Shown one piece after another: positions 1-6,298 of a DNA stretch of 25,136 bases (its first letter is position 1; each line of letters begins with the position of its first letter). Source of the stretch: a virus (taxonomy: Duplodnaviria; Caudoviricetes); IMG/VR virus record IMGVR_UViG_3300034284_002536, positions 1 through 25,136 of that record; one strand, given 5' to 3'. The translations under genes were made by a program, and so were the position numbers. The notes below the pieces were generated by a model. That model searched no databases. It was not told the DNA's origin and was given only the letters and a program-made list of their open reading frames with translations.

Positions 1-1715
1 GTCACGCGCGGCTTGGTATCCCCCACCCATTGCGGATGCTCCGGCACCACCGCCCCAGGCAGGCGCCGCAGATCTTCCTTCCATCGTCGCCCGGCCCATT
101 GCGTGCCCTCGAACATCCGCTCGAGCCTCGGGTGCTTATCCGCCACCAGCAGCCACGCATCGCCCCCGCTCTTGCGCGGCCACGGCGCCAGCAGCAGCCC
201 ATGCTCCACCAGGGCGCGGGAGGCTGCGCTGTCCGGGTCCTGCATCGCCAGCCGCACAGCCTTGCCGACCGTCGGCCGCTCCCCGTTCCACTGCACCTCA
301 AGCGAGCTTTGCATGAGATGCGTCAGGCACGAGGCCGGTCCTGCATCGGGCGCCTGATCGGCTTCGCTCGGCGTCAGCCATGCGAAGGCCGAGACCTCCT
401 CATCCGCCGCCACGGCATCCAGCACATCGTCGCGCAGCATCATCGCCCGCGCGGCCAGGATCGTGCCCACCTGGTCCGCCAGGCGCGGCGCACAGCCGCG
501 CGCCAGCATCGCCTTCCGCAGCACCGCCAGATTCGCTTCCAACCGCGGCAGCCCCGCCAGCGCCCGGCCCCACAGGGCAGGCGCGCGCTTCCGCATCTCG
601 GCGATCTCGCCCGTCGTGGGCAGCGCCGCCCCACCTTCCGCCCGAGCATGCAGATCCAGCCGGGTGATGCGCGACGCATCCTGCGGCAGCAGCGACGGCG
701 GCAGCACCGCGCCCAGAAGCGCGGGCGAGAACACCTCGAACCGCTGCGAAGCGCCCCCGGCCGATCCGCGCACCGATTGCGCGCCATCCCCGCCCGAAGC
801 CTTCCGCAGCAGCTCCACCACCCGCTGCAGCCGCGCCACGCCGTCCGCATCGCCCTCGGCTTCATCCAGCAGCAGGGGCAGCGCGCGGCCCGTCAGCATC
901 TGCCGCAGGCCAGCCTCGGTGAAGTCGTTCAGCATCACCGCCAGCGGCGACAGCGCGGCATAGGCCGACATCAGCGTCGTCTTGCCGCTGCCCGGCGGCC
1001 CCACCACGATGCCATGCGGGCGCCAGCGCACCGCCGCGCCGCACAGATGGGCGGCCCATAGCCCGAAGAACACGCCGGCCTGCGGCTGCCCTCCCCAATT
1101 CCAGCGCGCGAACACATCCTCCACCCAGGCGGCATCGGCCGCGCTGGCGGGGGCCTTGGGCCGGCGATCGACGGTCACGGCCGGATGCGCGGGCCACAGC
1201 GCGCCCCAGTCGCGGAAGCCCGCCCGGCGCCGCTCCCGCTCCGCCCCGCCGCCGACCATCACCAGGTCGCCCAGATGCAGCGCCAGCGCATCGCCCGCCA
1301 CGCGCCACACACCAGGGCCCCGGCGCGGCATCGCGGTGTCGAACAGCCCGATCTCGCTGTTCATGCGGATCAGCTCGCGCGACAATTCCTTGGCCGAGTA
1401 ATCGCCGGTCGGGTTGCCGTCCTTGTCGTGGGCCGGCGCGATGCCCACCGCCCAGGCCATCTCGCCGCACAGCAGCACATCCAGATGCCCGCGATTGGCG
1501 ATCTGCGTCGGGTTTAGCGCGCGTTCCTGCCCGCGCGGATCGAAAAAGTAATGCACCCCGTCCCGATGGCCGATCGGCGTGACCGGCGGCGGCCGTTCCG
1601 TGCGCGCCGGCGCTTCCCCACCTTCGCCCGCGCCGCCGCCATGGCGCAACGTCGTGACATTCGCGGACAGCGCGGCATTGAAGGCGCCGACATCGTCATC
1701 CATCGCGTGGCTCAC
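1..1715 (-). CDS. Phage replicative P-loop ATPase/helicase, 3' end truncated by window edge
   Basis: Translated manually because the ORF track lacks it (no stop in window). GTG at 1715 overlaps the upstream TGA; alternative ATG at 1703. The frame is open to base 1. Walker A GPPGSGKTT (975-1001), Walker B LLLDEAE (about 855-875), downstream QDASR putative arginine finger. Confidence 0.88.
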   Translation of the reverse strand, partial: MSHAMDDDVGAFNAALSANVTTLRHGGGAGEGGEAPARTERPPPVTPIGHRDGVHYFFDPRGQERALNPTQIANRGHLDVLLCGEMAWAVGIAPAHDKDGNPTGDYSAKELSRELIRMNSEIGLFDTAMPRRGPGVWRVAGDALALHLGDLVMVGGGAERERRRAGFRDWGALWPAHPAVTVDRRPKAPASAADAAWVEDVFARWNWGGQPQAGVFFGLWAAHLCGAAVRWRPHGIVVGPPGSGKTTLMSAYAALSPLAVMLNDFTEAGLRQMLTGRALPLLLDEAEGDADGVARLQRVVELLRKASGGDGAQSVRGSAGGASQRFEVFSPALLGAVLPPSLLPQDASRITRLDLHARAEGGAALPTTGEIAEMRKRAPALWGRALAGLPRLEANLAVLRKAMLARGCAPRLADQVGTILAARAMMLRDDVLDAVAADEEVSAFAWLTPSEADQAPDAGPASCLTHLMQSSLEVQWNGERPTVGKAVRLAMQDPDSAASRALVEHGLLLAPWPRKSGGDAWLLVADKHPRLERMFEGTQWAGRRWKEDLRRLPGAVVPEHPQWVGDTKPRV

Positions 1716-2380
1716 GGCACCGCCCTCCCCAGGCCGAGCAGCCGGGCCAGCCGGCGCGCCGCCTTGGCGGGCGTCACGTCCCAGCGCCAGGCGGCGAGAT
1801 CGACCAGGCACGCGCCCTTGCGCGCCAGCGCGGGGCACCACCAGCGATGCGAGGATTCGCACAGGAACAGCAGCGGCGCGCCGGGCTCCGGCGTCAGGCG
1901 GAAGCACAGCCCGGGCGCGCCATGTTCGGGCCGGACCCGCACCAGCGGCACCAGGTGGGGCGCGGCGGCATGGGCGACCACCCAGGGCCAGCCCCAGGCC
2001 AGCGCATCCTCCGGCGCCGGCAGCCGGATGCCATAGGCCATCGCATCCGCCGGATCGTCGGACACGAAGCCCAGCAGCCGCCCCAGCCCGATCTCCGCCA
2101 CGACGCGCGGCAGCATCGGCCGCGCATGTTCCCCGATGAAGTCGGAGCAATAGCCCCACACCGGATAGGCGGCCCAGACGCGATACATCCAGCGATCAAG
2201 CTCGGCCCGCTGGGGCGGCTCGGCAGGCAGCAGCGCGCCGGGGCGCGGCAGCCGCTGCTCCCGCGCGACCCGGGCGAACAGGCCTTCATCCGGGGCATCG
2301 GGGAACCGTTCCAGCTTCCCCTCGCGCCACAGATCGCGGAAGCCGCGCGCGGGCGCCGATTGTTCGCCCGCCGCAACCAT
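1712..2380 (-). CDS. Hypothetical replication protein with C-terminal primase zinc-binding-domain-like segment
   Basis: ATG 2380 in a TGATG overlap. C-terminus WWCPALARKGACLVDLAAWRWDVTPAKAARRLARLLGL resembles the end of CHC2/primase ZBD domains. Lies directly upstream of the helicase. Confidence 0.6.
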   Translation of the reverse strand: MVAAGEQSAPARGFRDLWREGKLERFPDAPDEGLFARVAREQRLPRPGALLPAEPPQRAELDRWMYRVWAAYPVWGYCSDFIGEHARPMLPRVVAEIGLGRLLGFVSDDPADAMAYGIRLPAPEDALAWGWPWVVAHAAAPHLVPLVRVRPEHGAPGLCFRLTPEPGAPLLFLCESSHRWWCPALARKGACLVDLAAWRWDVTPAKAARRLARLLGLGRAVP

Positions 2381-2646
2381 CAGGCCTGCCCCGCCGGCAC
2401 CGCGCCGCGCAGCGCGGCGGTGGTCGCGATCACCCGCGCCACGCCGGCCAGCACCACCACCCGCGCCTGGGGCGACACGCGCTCCGCCGCCACGGTGCCG
2501 ACAGCGGTGGCCAGCACCGACAGGGTCACCGCCAGGTCGCCGCCGCACAGCGCCAGCACGTCGCGCACCAGGCGCGGATCGGCGGGCGGCAGCGCGGCCG
2601 CGATGCCTTCGGGCGTCGCCGGCGCGATGATCGGACCGTTTTTCAT
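2380..2646 (-). CDS. Hypothetical protein (88 aa, MKNGPIIAP...)
   Basis: ATGA overlap with the gcrA-like stop and TGATG overlap with the next gene. Confidence 0.7.
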   Translation of the reverse strand: MKNGPIIAPATPEGIAAALPPADPRLVRDVLALCGGDLAVTLSVLATAVGTVAAERVSPQARVVVLAGVARVIATTAALRGAVPAGQA

Positions 2647-3110
2647 GCCGCCACCCGCGGGCTGACCCAGCAGATCGCATGGTGGTGTGGGCAATAGGAC
2701 GACCCGCGCTGCGTCGGCGCGTCGCAATACACGGTGGCCAGCCCGGCCGGCTGCCCGGCGATGTAGCGGCAGGCGCGGCCCGGCCTGGAGCCCGCCAGCC
2801 GCGCGGGCAGCGCAGGCGGCGCGGGCACAACCGGCGCGACCGCCGCCGGGGCAGGCCGCAGCGTGACCGCGCGCCGCGCATCGAGCCGGCGCGGCTTCGG
2901 ATCCGCATCCGGCTTCGCCACCGGCTGCAGGATGGGCGAAGGCCGCCCCGGCAGGCCCAGGCGCTGCGCGCGGCCCACGATGGCGTTCTTCGTCAGCCCC
3001 ATCGCCAGCCCGATCTCCCGCGTCGAAAGCCGCGGGTCTTCCTGCATCCACAGCGCGCGCAGCTGCGCGTCCCGTTCCCCCGTCCAGCAGCCGCGCCCGA
3101 TCGAATGCAT
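2643..3110 (-). CDS. gcrA: GcrA family cell-cycle regulator (phage-encoded)
   Basis: N-terminal WTGERDAQLRALW...STREIGLAMGLTKNAIVGRAQRLGL HTH, Pro/Ala linker, and C-terminal CRY...YCDAP...SSYCPHHHAIC Cys/His domain, matching the GcrA architecture. Confidence 0.9.
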   Translation of the reverse strand: MHSIGRGCWTGERDAQLRALWMQEDPRLSTREIGLAMGLTKNAIVGRAQRLGLPGRPSPILQPVAKPDADPKPRRLDARRAVTLRPAPAAVAPVVPAPPALPARLAGSRPGRACRYIAGQPAGLATVYCDAPTQRGSSYCPHHHAICWVSPRVAA

Positions 3111-3124
3111 GCGTCAGCCCGCCG

Positions 3125-3185
3125 AAAAGACGGCCCGGGGCGCGTCACCACGCCCGGGCCAAGGTGAGGGAGGAAACGTCCAGGA
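3125..3185 (-). ncRNA. suhB (alpha-r8/MmgR-like) family small RNA / terminator element
   Basis: Minus strand reads GGACGTTTCCTCCCTCACCTT, then a GGCCCGGGCG...CCCGGGCC hairpin, then GTCTTTT. The anti-SD TTTCCTCCCT followed by a terminator hairpin is the suhB signature as recalled. The 5' end is uncertain. Confidence 0.75.
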
Positions 3186-3348
3186 TGCCGGCGCGCCGAA
3201 AGCCCCTCGCCGGCCAGGGGATGAAAGCGGAGGGTCGGCTTTCGGGAGCCAATCGCCGACAGAAAGCCGGTGGATTGACAGCCGCCCTCCGCAGACCCCC
3301 GCTGGGCTGGCCATGCGGCCGGGGTCATCTGGTGAAACATCGGCCGCG

Positions 3349-3810
3349 TCACGCCGCCGGCCCGGCCAGCATGGCGCGGGCATGGGCCACGGCGCGATCC
3401 AGCGCGGCCAGCTGGCGGCCGATCTCGGCCCGTTCGGCGGCGCAGATCCGGCCATCGGACATCGCAGTGGCGGCGCCGGACACCACATCGCCGCAATGCT
3501 GCACCACGCCGACCAGCGCCGCGCCCAGGCTGCCCGGCTGGCGCGGCGCGGCCTCGACCGTGCAGCCCGCCAGCTGCGCCAGCATCGCCGTCACCAGCGG
3601 ACGGCCCGCCACCGCTTCCAGCTCCGCCACATGATCCAGCCGAGGCCAGCGATCCGCATGATGCGGGCTGGCGGCTTCGGACAGGCGGGACACCGGGTAG
3701 CCCGTCACCGCATGCGCCGCTTCCATCCCGCCGACAGCGTCGATCAGCAGGCGGAAGGCGGTCTTCAGCGCAACCAGGTCGCGCGGATGATGCTGGGGGA
3801 TGCGGGTCAT
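3349..3810 (-). CDS. Phage regulatory CII-like protein
   Basis: LKTAFRLLIDAVGGMEAA...LDHVAELEAVAGRPLVTAMLA...AMSDGRICAAER pattern typical of alphaproteobacterial CII-family proteins; located downstream of cro. Confidence 0.75.
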   Translation of the reverse strand: MTRIPQHHPRDLVALKTAFRLLIDAVGGMEAAHAVTGYPVSRLSEAASPHHADRWPRLDHVAELEAVAGRPLVTAMLAQLAGCTVEAAPRQPGSLGAALVGVVQHCGDVVSGAATAMSDGRICAAERAEIGRQLAALDRAVAHARAMLAGPAA

Positions 3811-3905
3811 CGTTCGGTCCGGGGAAGGGTTTCCCGCGACAGCGGCGCGATGGGCGCGGCAGGCTGCGCGGCATGGACAGGATCACAGGCGGCGCGGGCG
3901 GATGC

Positions 3906-3945
3906 GGCGGGCGAAGGGAATCGTTGCGATTCCGCTTCGCCCGCC
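3906..3945. repeat. 18-bp inverted repeat (one bulge) containing two GANTC sites
   Basis: GGCGGGCGAAG-GGAATCG-TTG-CGATTCC-G-CTTCGCCCGCC; GAATC at 3918-3922 and GATTC at 3928-3932. Confidence 0.85.
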
Positions 3946-3984
3946 TCCACCATGGGAACCGCCACAGACCCCATGGAGGATTGG

Positions 3985-4206
3985 ATGTCGGACTGGACGC
4001 GGCCAGAGCCCTTTCGGGACCCGTACGGCGACGCAATGCGCAAACAGCAAGATCGGATGGAGGAAGCGCGACGCGCCGTGCTGCGCTGCGCAGACGCCCT
4101 GTCCGCGCTGCCCGCGCTGGCCGAGGCCATGCTGGCGGAGCAGCGCATCACGAACGACCTTCTTCGGAAGGCGCTGGACCGCCTTCCGCCAGCAGCCGAG
4201 CCCTGA
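3985..4206 (+). CDS. Small helical hypothetical protein (73 aa) antisense to the cro-cII operon
   Basis: GGAGG at 3975-3979, 5 nt before ATG 3985. Protein-like sequence MSDWTRPEPFRDPYGDAMRKQQDRMEEARRAVLRCADALSALPALAEAMLAEQRITNDLLRKALDRL. Confidence 0.65.
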   Translation: MSDWTRPEPFRDPYGDAMRKQQDRMEEARRAVLRCADALSALPALAEAMLAEQRITNDLLRKALDRLPPAAEP

Positions 4207-4351
4207 AATGGGCCGCGGCGTCTGCGGCCTCGTCCACGCTGAGGCCGCAGCGCACCGCGATCAGCTTGTACAGCCCGGCGGCGGCGCTGGCGAACAGCGC
4301 GCGGTCACGCTCCGACAGATGGACGGTCGGGGTCGCCGTGGGATTGCTCAT
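4148..4351 (-). CDS. Hypothetical protein (67 aa) downstream of cro
   Basis: ATG 3 nt after the cro stop, GGAGG upstream. Its 3' end overlaps the convergent 3985-4206 ORF. Confidence 0.6.
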   Translation of the reverse strand: MSNPTATPTVHLSERDRALFASAAAGLYKLIAVRCGLSVDEAADAAAHFRARLLAEGGPAPSEEGRS

Positions 4352-4354
4352 GGC

Positions 4355-4564
4355 TCACGCTGCCTCCGTGGTGGCGGCCGGCGCGTCGAACAGGTCGGGG
4401 CGCAGCTCATGCGGCGGGATGCCGGTGGCGGCGCTGACGGCGCGCACCCGCTCGGCGGGGACGCGGCCAGCTCGCCGCCAGCCGATGATGGTCGAATGAT
4501 CCAGGCCCAGGGCTTTCGCCAACTTGGTCGGGCCGCCGGCCGCCTTGATTGCATCGTCGATCAT
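4355..4564 (-). CDS. cro: Cro/YdaS-like transcriptional regulator
   Basis: IDDAIKAAGGPTKLAKALGLDHSTIIGWRR...VPAERVRAVSAATGIPPHELRPDLF is a classic Cro-like HTH, divergent from the repressor. Start could be 4564, 4573 or 4591; the upstream ones fall in or beside the operator. Confidence 0.9.
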   Translation of the reverse strand: MIDDAIKAAGGPTKLAKALGLDHSTIIGWRRAGRVPAERVRAVSAATGIPPHELRPDLFDAPAATTEAA

Positions 4565-4574
4565 GGCGGGCATT

Positions 4575-4624
4575 GTTGGCATGTCCAACACATTGCCGTC
4601 AAGCGCGATGTTGGGAAGACCAAC
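4575..4624. promoter_or_regulatory. Operator pair (GTTGG-N5-CCAAC at 4575-4589 and 4610-4624) overlapping the candidate cro promoter
   Basis: Two palindromic sites 35 bp apart. On the minus strand TTGACG (4602-4597) lies between them, followed by AACAAT (4577-4572). Confidence 0.85.
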
Positions 4625-4657
4625 CCGGCGGCCGGACAGGCATGCTCAGATACTGAA

Positions 4658-4981
4658 ATGAGCACCGGAAACATAATTCGAACGTTGCGTAAAGAACGCG
4701 GCCTGTCGCAAAGTGCGCTGGCGGCGGAGATCGGCTGGGAACGGGGCACGATCGCCGCCGTCGAAGGCGGTCACGACCGGCCGGGGGCAGAGCTTGTGCA
4801 GGCGCTTGCGACGTTCTTTCAGACCACAACTGACCACATCCTTGGGCGCGACGGGGTGAAGCAGCCTGCGGCCGTCCAGACCGAGGAAGAGGCCGAGATG
4901 CTGGCGCGGTTCCGTGACGCGACGCCCGAGGCGCGGGCCGCGATGCTGATGACCCTACGGGCGATGACGCGCGGCAATTAG
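4658..4981 (+). CDS. cI: CI-like XRE-family HTH repressor (107 aa, no S24 peptidase domain)
   Basis: IRTLRKERGLSQSALAAEIGWERGTIAAVEGGHDRPGAELVQALATFFQTTTDHIL HTH_3 motif; flanked on both sides by operator pairs. Confidence 0.9.
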   Translation: MSTGNIIRTLRKERGLSQSALAAEIGWERGTIAAVEGGHDRPGAELVQALATFFQTTTDHILGRDGVKQPAAVQTEEEAEMLARFRDATPEARAAMLMTLRAMTRGN

Positions 4982-5010
4982 GGCGCCGCTCTCAGCTTTG
5001 TAATTTTGAC

Positions 5011-5063
5011 GTTGGGCTTCCCAACATTTCGGCTTGCGGTCAGGCGTTGGACATGCCAACAAT
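5011..5063 (+). promoter_or_regulatory. Operator pair (GTTGG-N5-CCAAC at 5011-5025 and 5046-5060) overlapping the candidate promoter of the plus-strand early operon
   Basis: Same palindrome and 35-bp spacing; TTGCGG (5034-5039), N18, AACAAT (5058-5063). Confidence 0.85.
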
Positions 5064-5090
5064 GCGGCGTCCCACAGGGAGATGCCGCAG

Positions 5091-5357
5091 ATGTCCGACA
5101 CCGCCACCACCACCACTCAGGCCGCCGCACCGCCCGCGCCGACGCTGTTCACCTACACCTACCGCCGCCCCGGCGCGGTGCATGATGTGACGCTCGACTG
5201 CTTCCGTCAGGACGGCGATGCGGCGGCCGCTCTGCGCTCCGCCCGCCGCTGGATCGCGCGGGAACAGCGCGCACTCCGGCGGGCCGGCAGCGCCGCGAAA
5301 CTGCGCACACCCCAGCTGCATCATATGCGCCCCACCGCGCTGGCAGGAGCGGCCTGA
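5091..5357 (+). CDS. Hypothetical protein
   Basis: GGGAG upstream of ATG 5091 (alternative 5082); first gene after the operators. Confidence 0.7.
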   Translation: MSDTATTTTQAAAPPAPTLFTYTYRRPGAVHDVTLDCFRQDGDAAAALRSARRWIAREQRALRRAGSAAKLRTPQLHHMRPTALAGAA

Positions 5358-5584
5358 TGCAGGCCCTGACCTCGCCCACCCCGCCCCGCGCGGCGCCCTC
5401 GCCTGACCTGGTCGCGGACCAGCTCCACAGCCTGCATGGCCTGATCGTCGCGCTGCACGGCTCCGCCCAGGCCGCCGGCCTGCCCCATTCCGTGATCATG
5501 GGCCTGCATTGGCTGGCCGAGGACGCCACCGGCGTCCTGGCCGACGCCCGCCAATATCTCGGCCAGCCGCGGGTGCCCGCCTGA
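5357..5584 (+). CDS. Hypothetical protein (75 aa)
   Basis: AGGAG SD; TGATG overlaps at both ends. Confidence 0.75.
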   Translation: MQALTSPTPPRAAPSPDLVADQLHSLHGLIVALHGSAQAAGLPHSVIMGLHWLAEDATGVLADARQYLGQPRVPA

Positions 5585-5865
5585 TGCAGGCCCCCGCCAC
5601 CCTCGCGCGCATCCGCACGGAACTGCGCGCCCTGCCCGCCCAGAACCCCGGCTGGCCATCCGACGCCATCCTGCTGCTGCGGGACGCGCTGCGCGAAGCC
5701 GCGATCTACGCCGACACCGCCGGCCATCGCGGCGTGGCGCAGGCGCTGCAGGACATCGCGGACGATGCCCAGGCCCTGGCGCCGATCTTCGCCCCCGCCC
5801 TCGACACCCGCGCGGCGCAGCTCGCCGACACCGAAGCCGCCTTGCGGCTGGAAGGCTCCGCATGA
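5584..5865 (+). CDS. Hypothetical protein (MQAPATLARIR...)
   Basis: TGATG start overlap, ATGA end overlap, helical composition. Confidence 0.72.
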   Translation: MQAPATLARIRTELRALPAQNPGWPSDAILLLRDALREAAIYADTAGHRGVAQALQDIADDAQALAPIFAPALDTRAAQLADTEAALRLEGSA

Positions 5866-6164
5866 CCAGCATCGTCACCGGCCCGGACGGCCGCGCCTAT
5901 TTGTTCACGCGCGTCGCGGACCGGCCGGTCTTCGTGGCCGACATGCCCCGGATGGGCAGCGCCTGCGGCCAGCCGCACACCGGGCACGCCACGTTGCTGG
6001 CGCAGCTGGACCCGGTGCAGCCGGGCAGCGACCCGCTGGCCAAGGTCCGGCTGCCGACCGGCCGGCTGATCGATGTCCTGGCCTGCTACATCCACGAACC
6101 CGGCGCGCTCGCCGCCCGCCGCATCCTGCCCCGCGCCGAGGCCGGGCGGAGGGCGCTGGCATGA
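5862..6164 (+). CDS. Hypothetical protein (100 aa)
   Basis: ATGA-coupled at both ends. Confidence 0.72.
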   Translation: MTSIVTGPDGRAYLFTRVADRPVFVADMPRMGSACGQPHTGHATLLAQLDPVQPGSDPLAKVRLPTGRLIDVLACYIHEPGALAARRILPRAEAGRRALA

Positions 6165-6298
6165 CGACCCGACATCGCCGCACCGCCACCTGGCGCACCT
6201 TGGCCACCTACGCTGTCGGCGCGCTCGGCGCCGTCGCGATGGGCGCGGGTCTCGCCGTAGGCGCCATCCTCGCGATCCTGGAGCACGCCGCGCCATGA
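6161..6298 (+). CDS. Small single-TM membrane protein (45 aa)
   Basis: GGAGG SD; basic N-terminus followed by hydrophobic LATYAVGALGAVAMGAGLAVGAILAIL; ATGA coupling. Confidence 0.65.
   Translation: MTTRHRRTATWRTLATYAVGALGAVAMGAGLAVGAILAILEHAAP

Noticed and set aside
30-1061. Long plus-strand ORFs here and elsewhere (e.g. 16961-18721, 20026-21228, 23453-24565)
   Set aside because: Arg/His/Gln-rich shadow frames opposite clear phage genes, an expected artefact of high GC.
3275-3280. Perfect TTGACA -35 hexamer on the plus strand
   Set aside because: No plausible -10 at 16-18 nt spacing.
3807-4151. Minus-strand 114-aa ORF coupled at both ends (GTGA and ATGA)
   Set aside because: Ser/Ala/Arg-rich translation looks like the antisense shadow of 3985-4206. 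It cannot be fully excluded, as it might preserve coupling to cII, but it is not supported as a protein.
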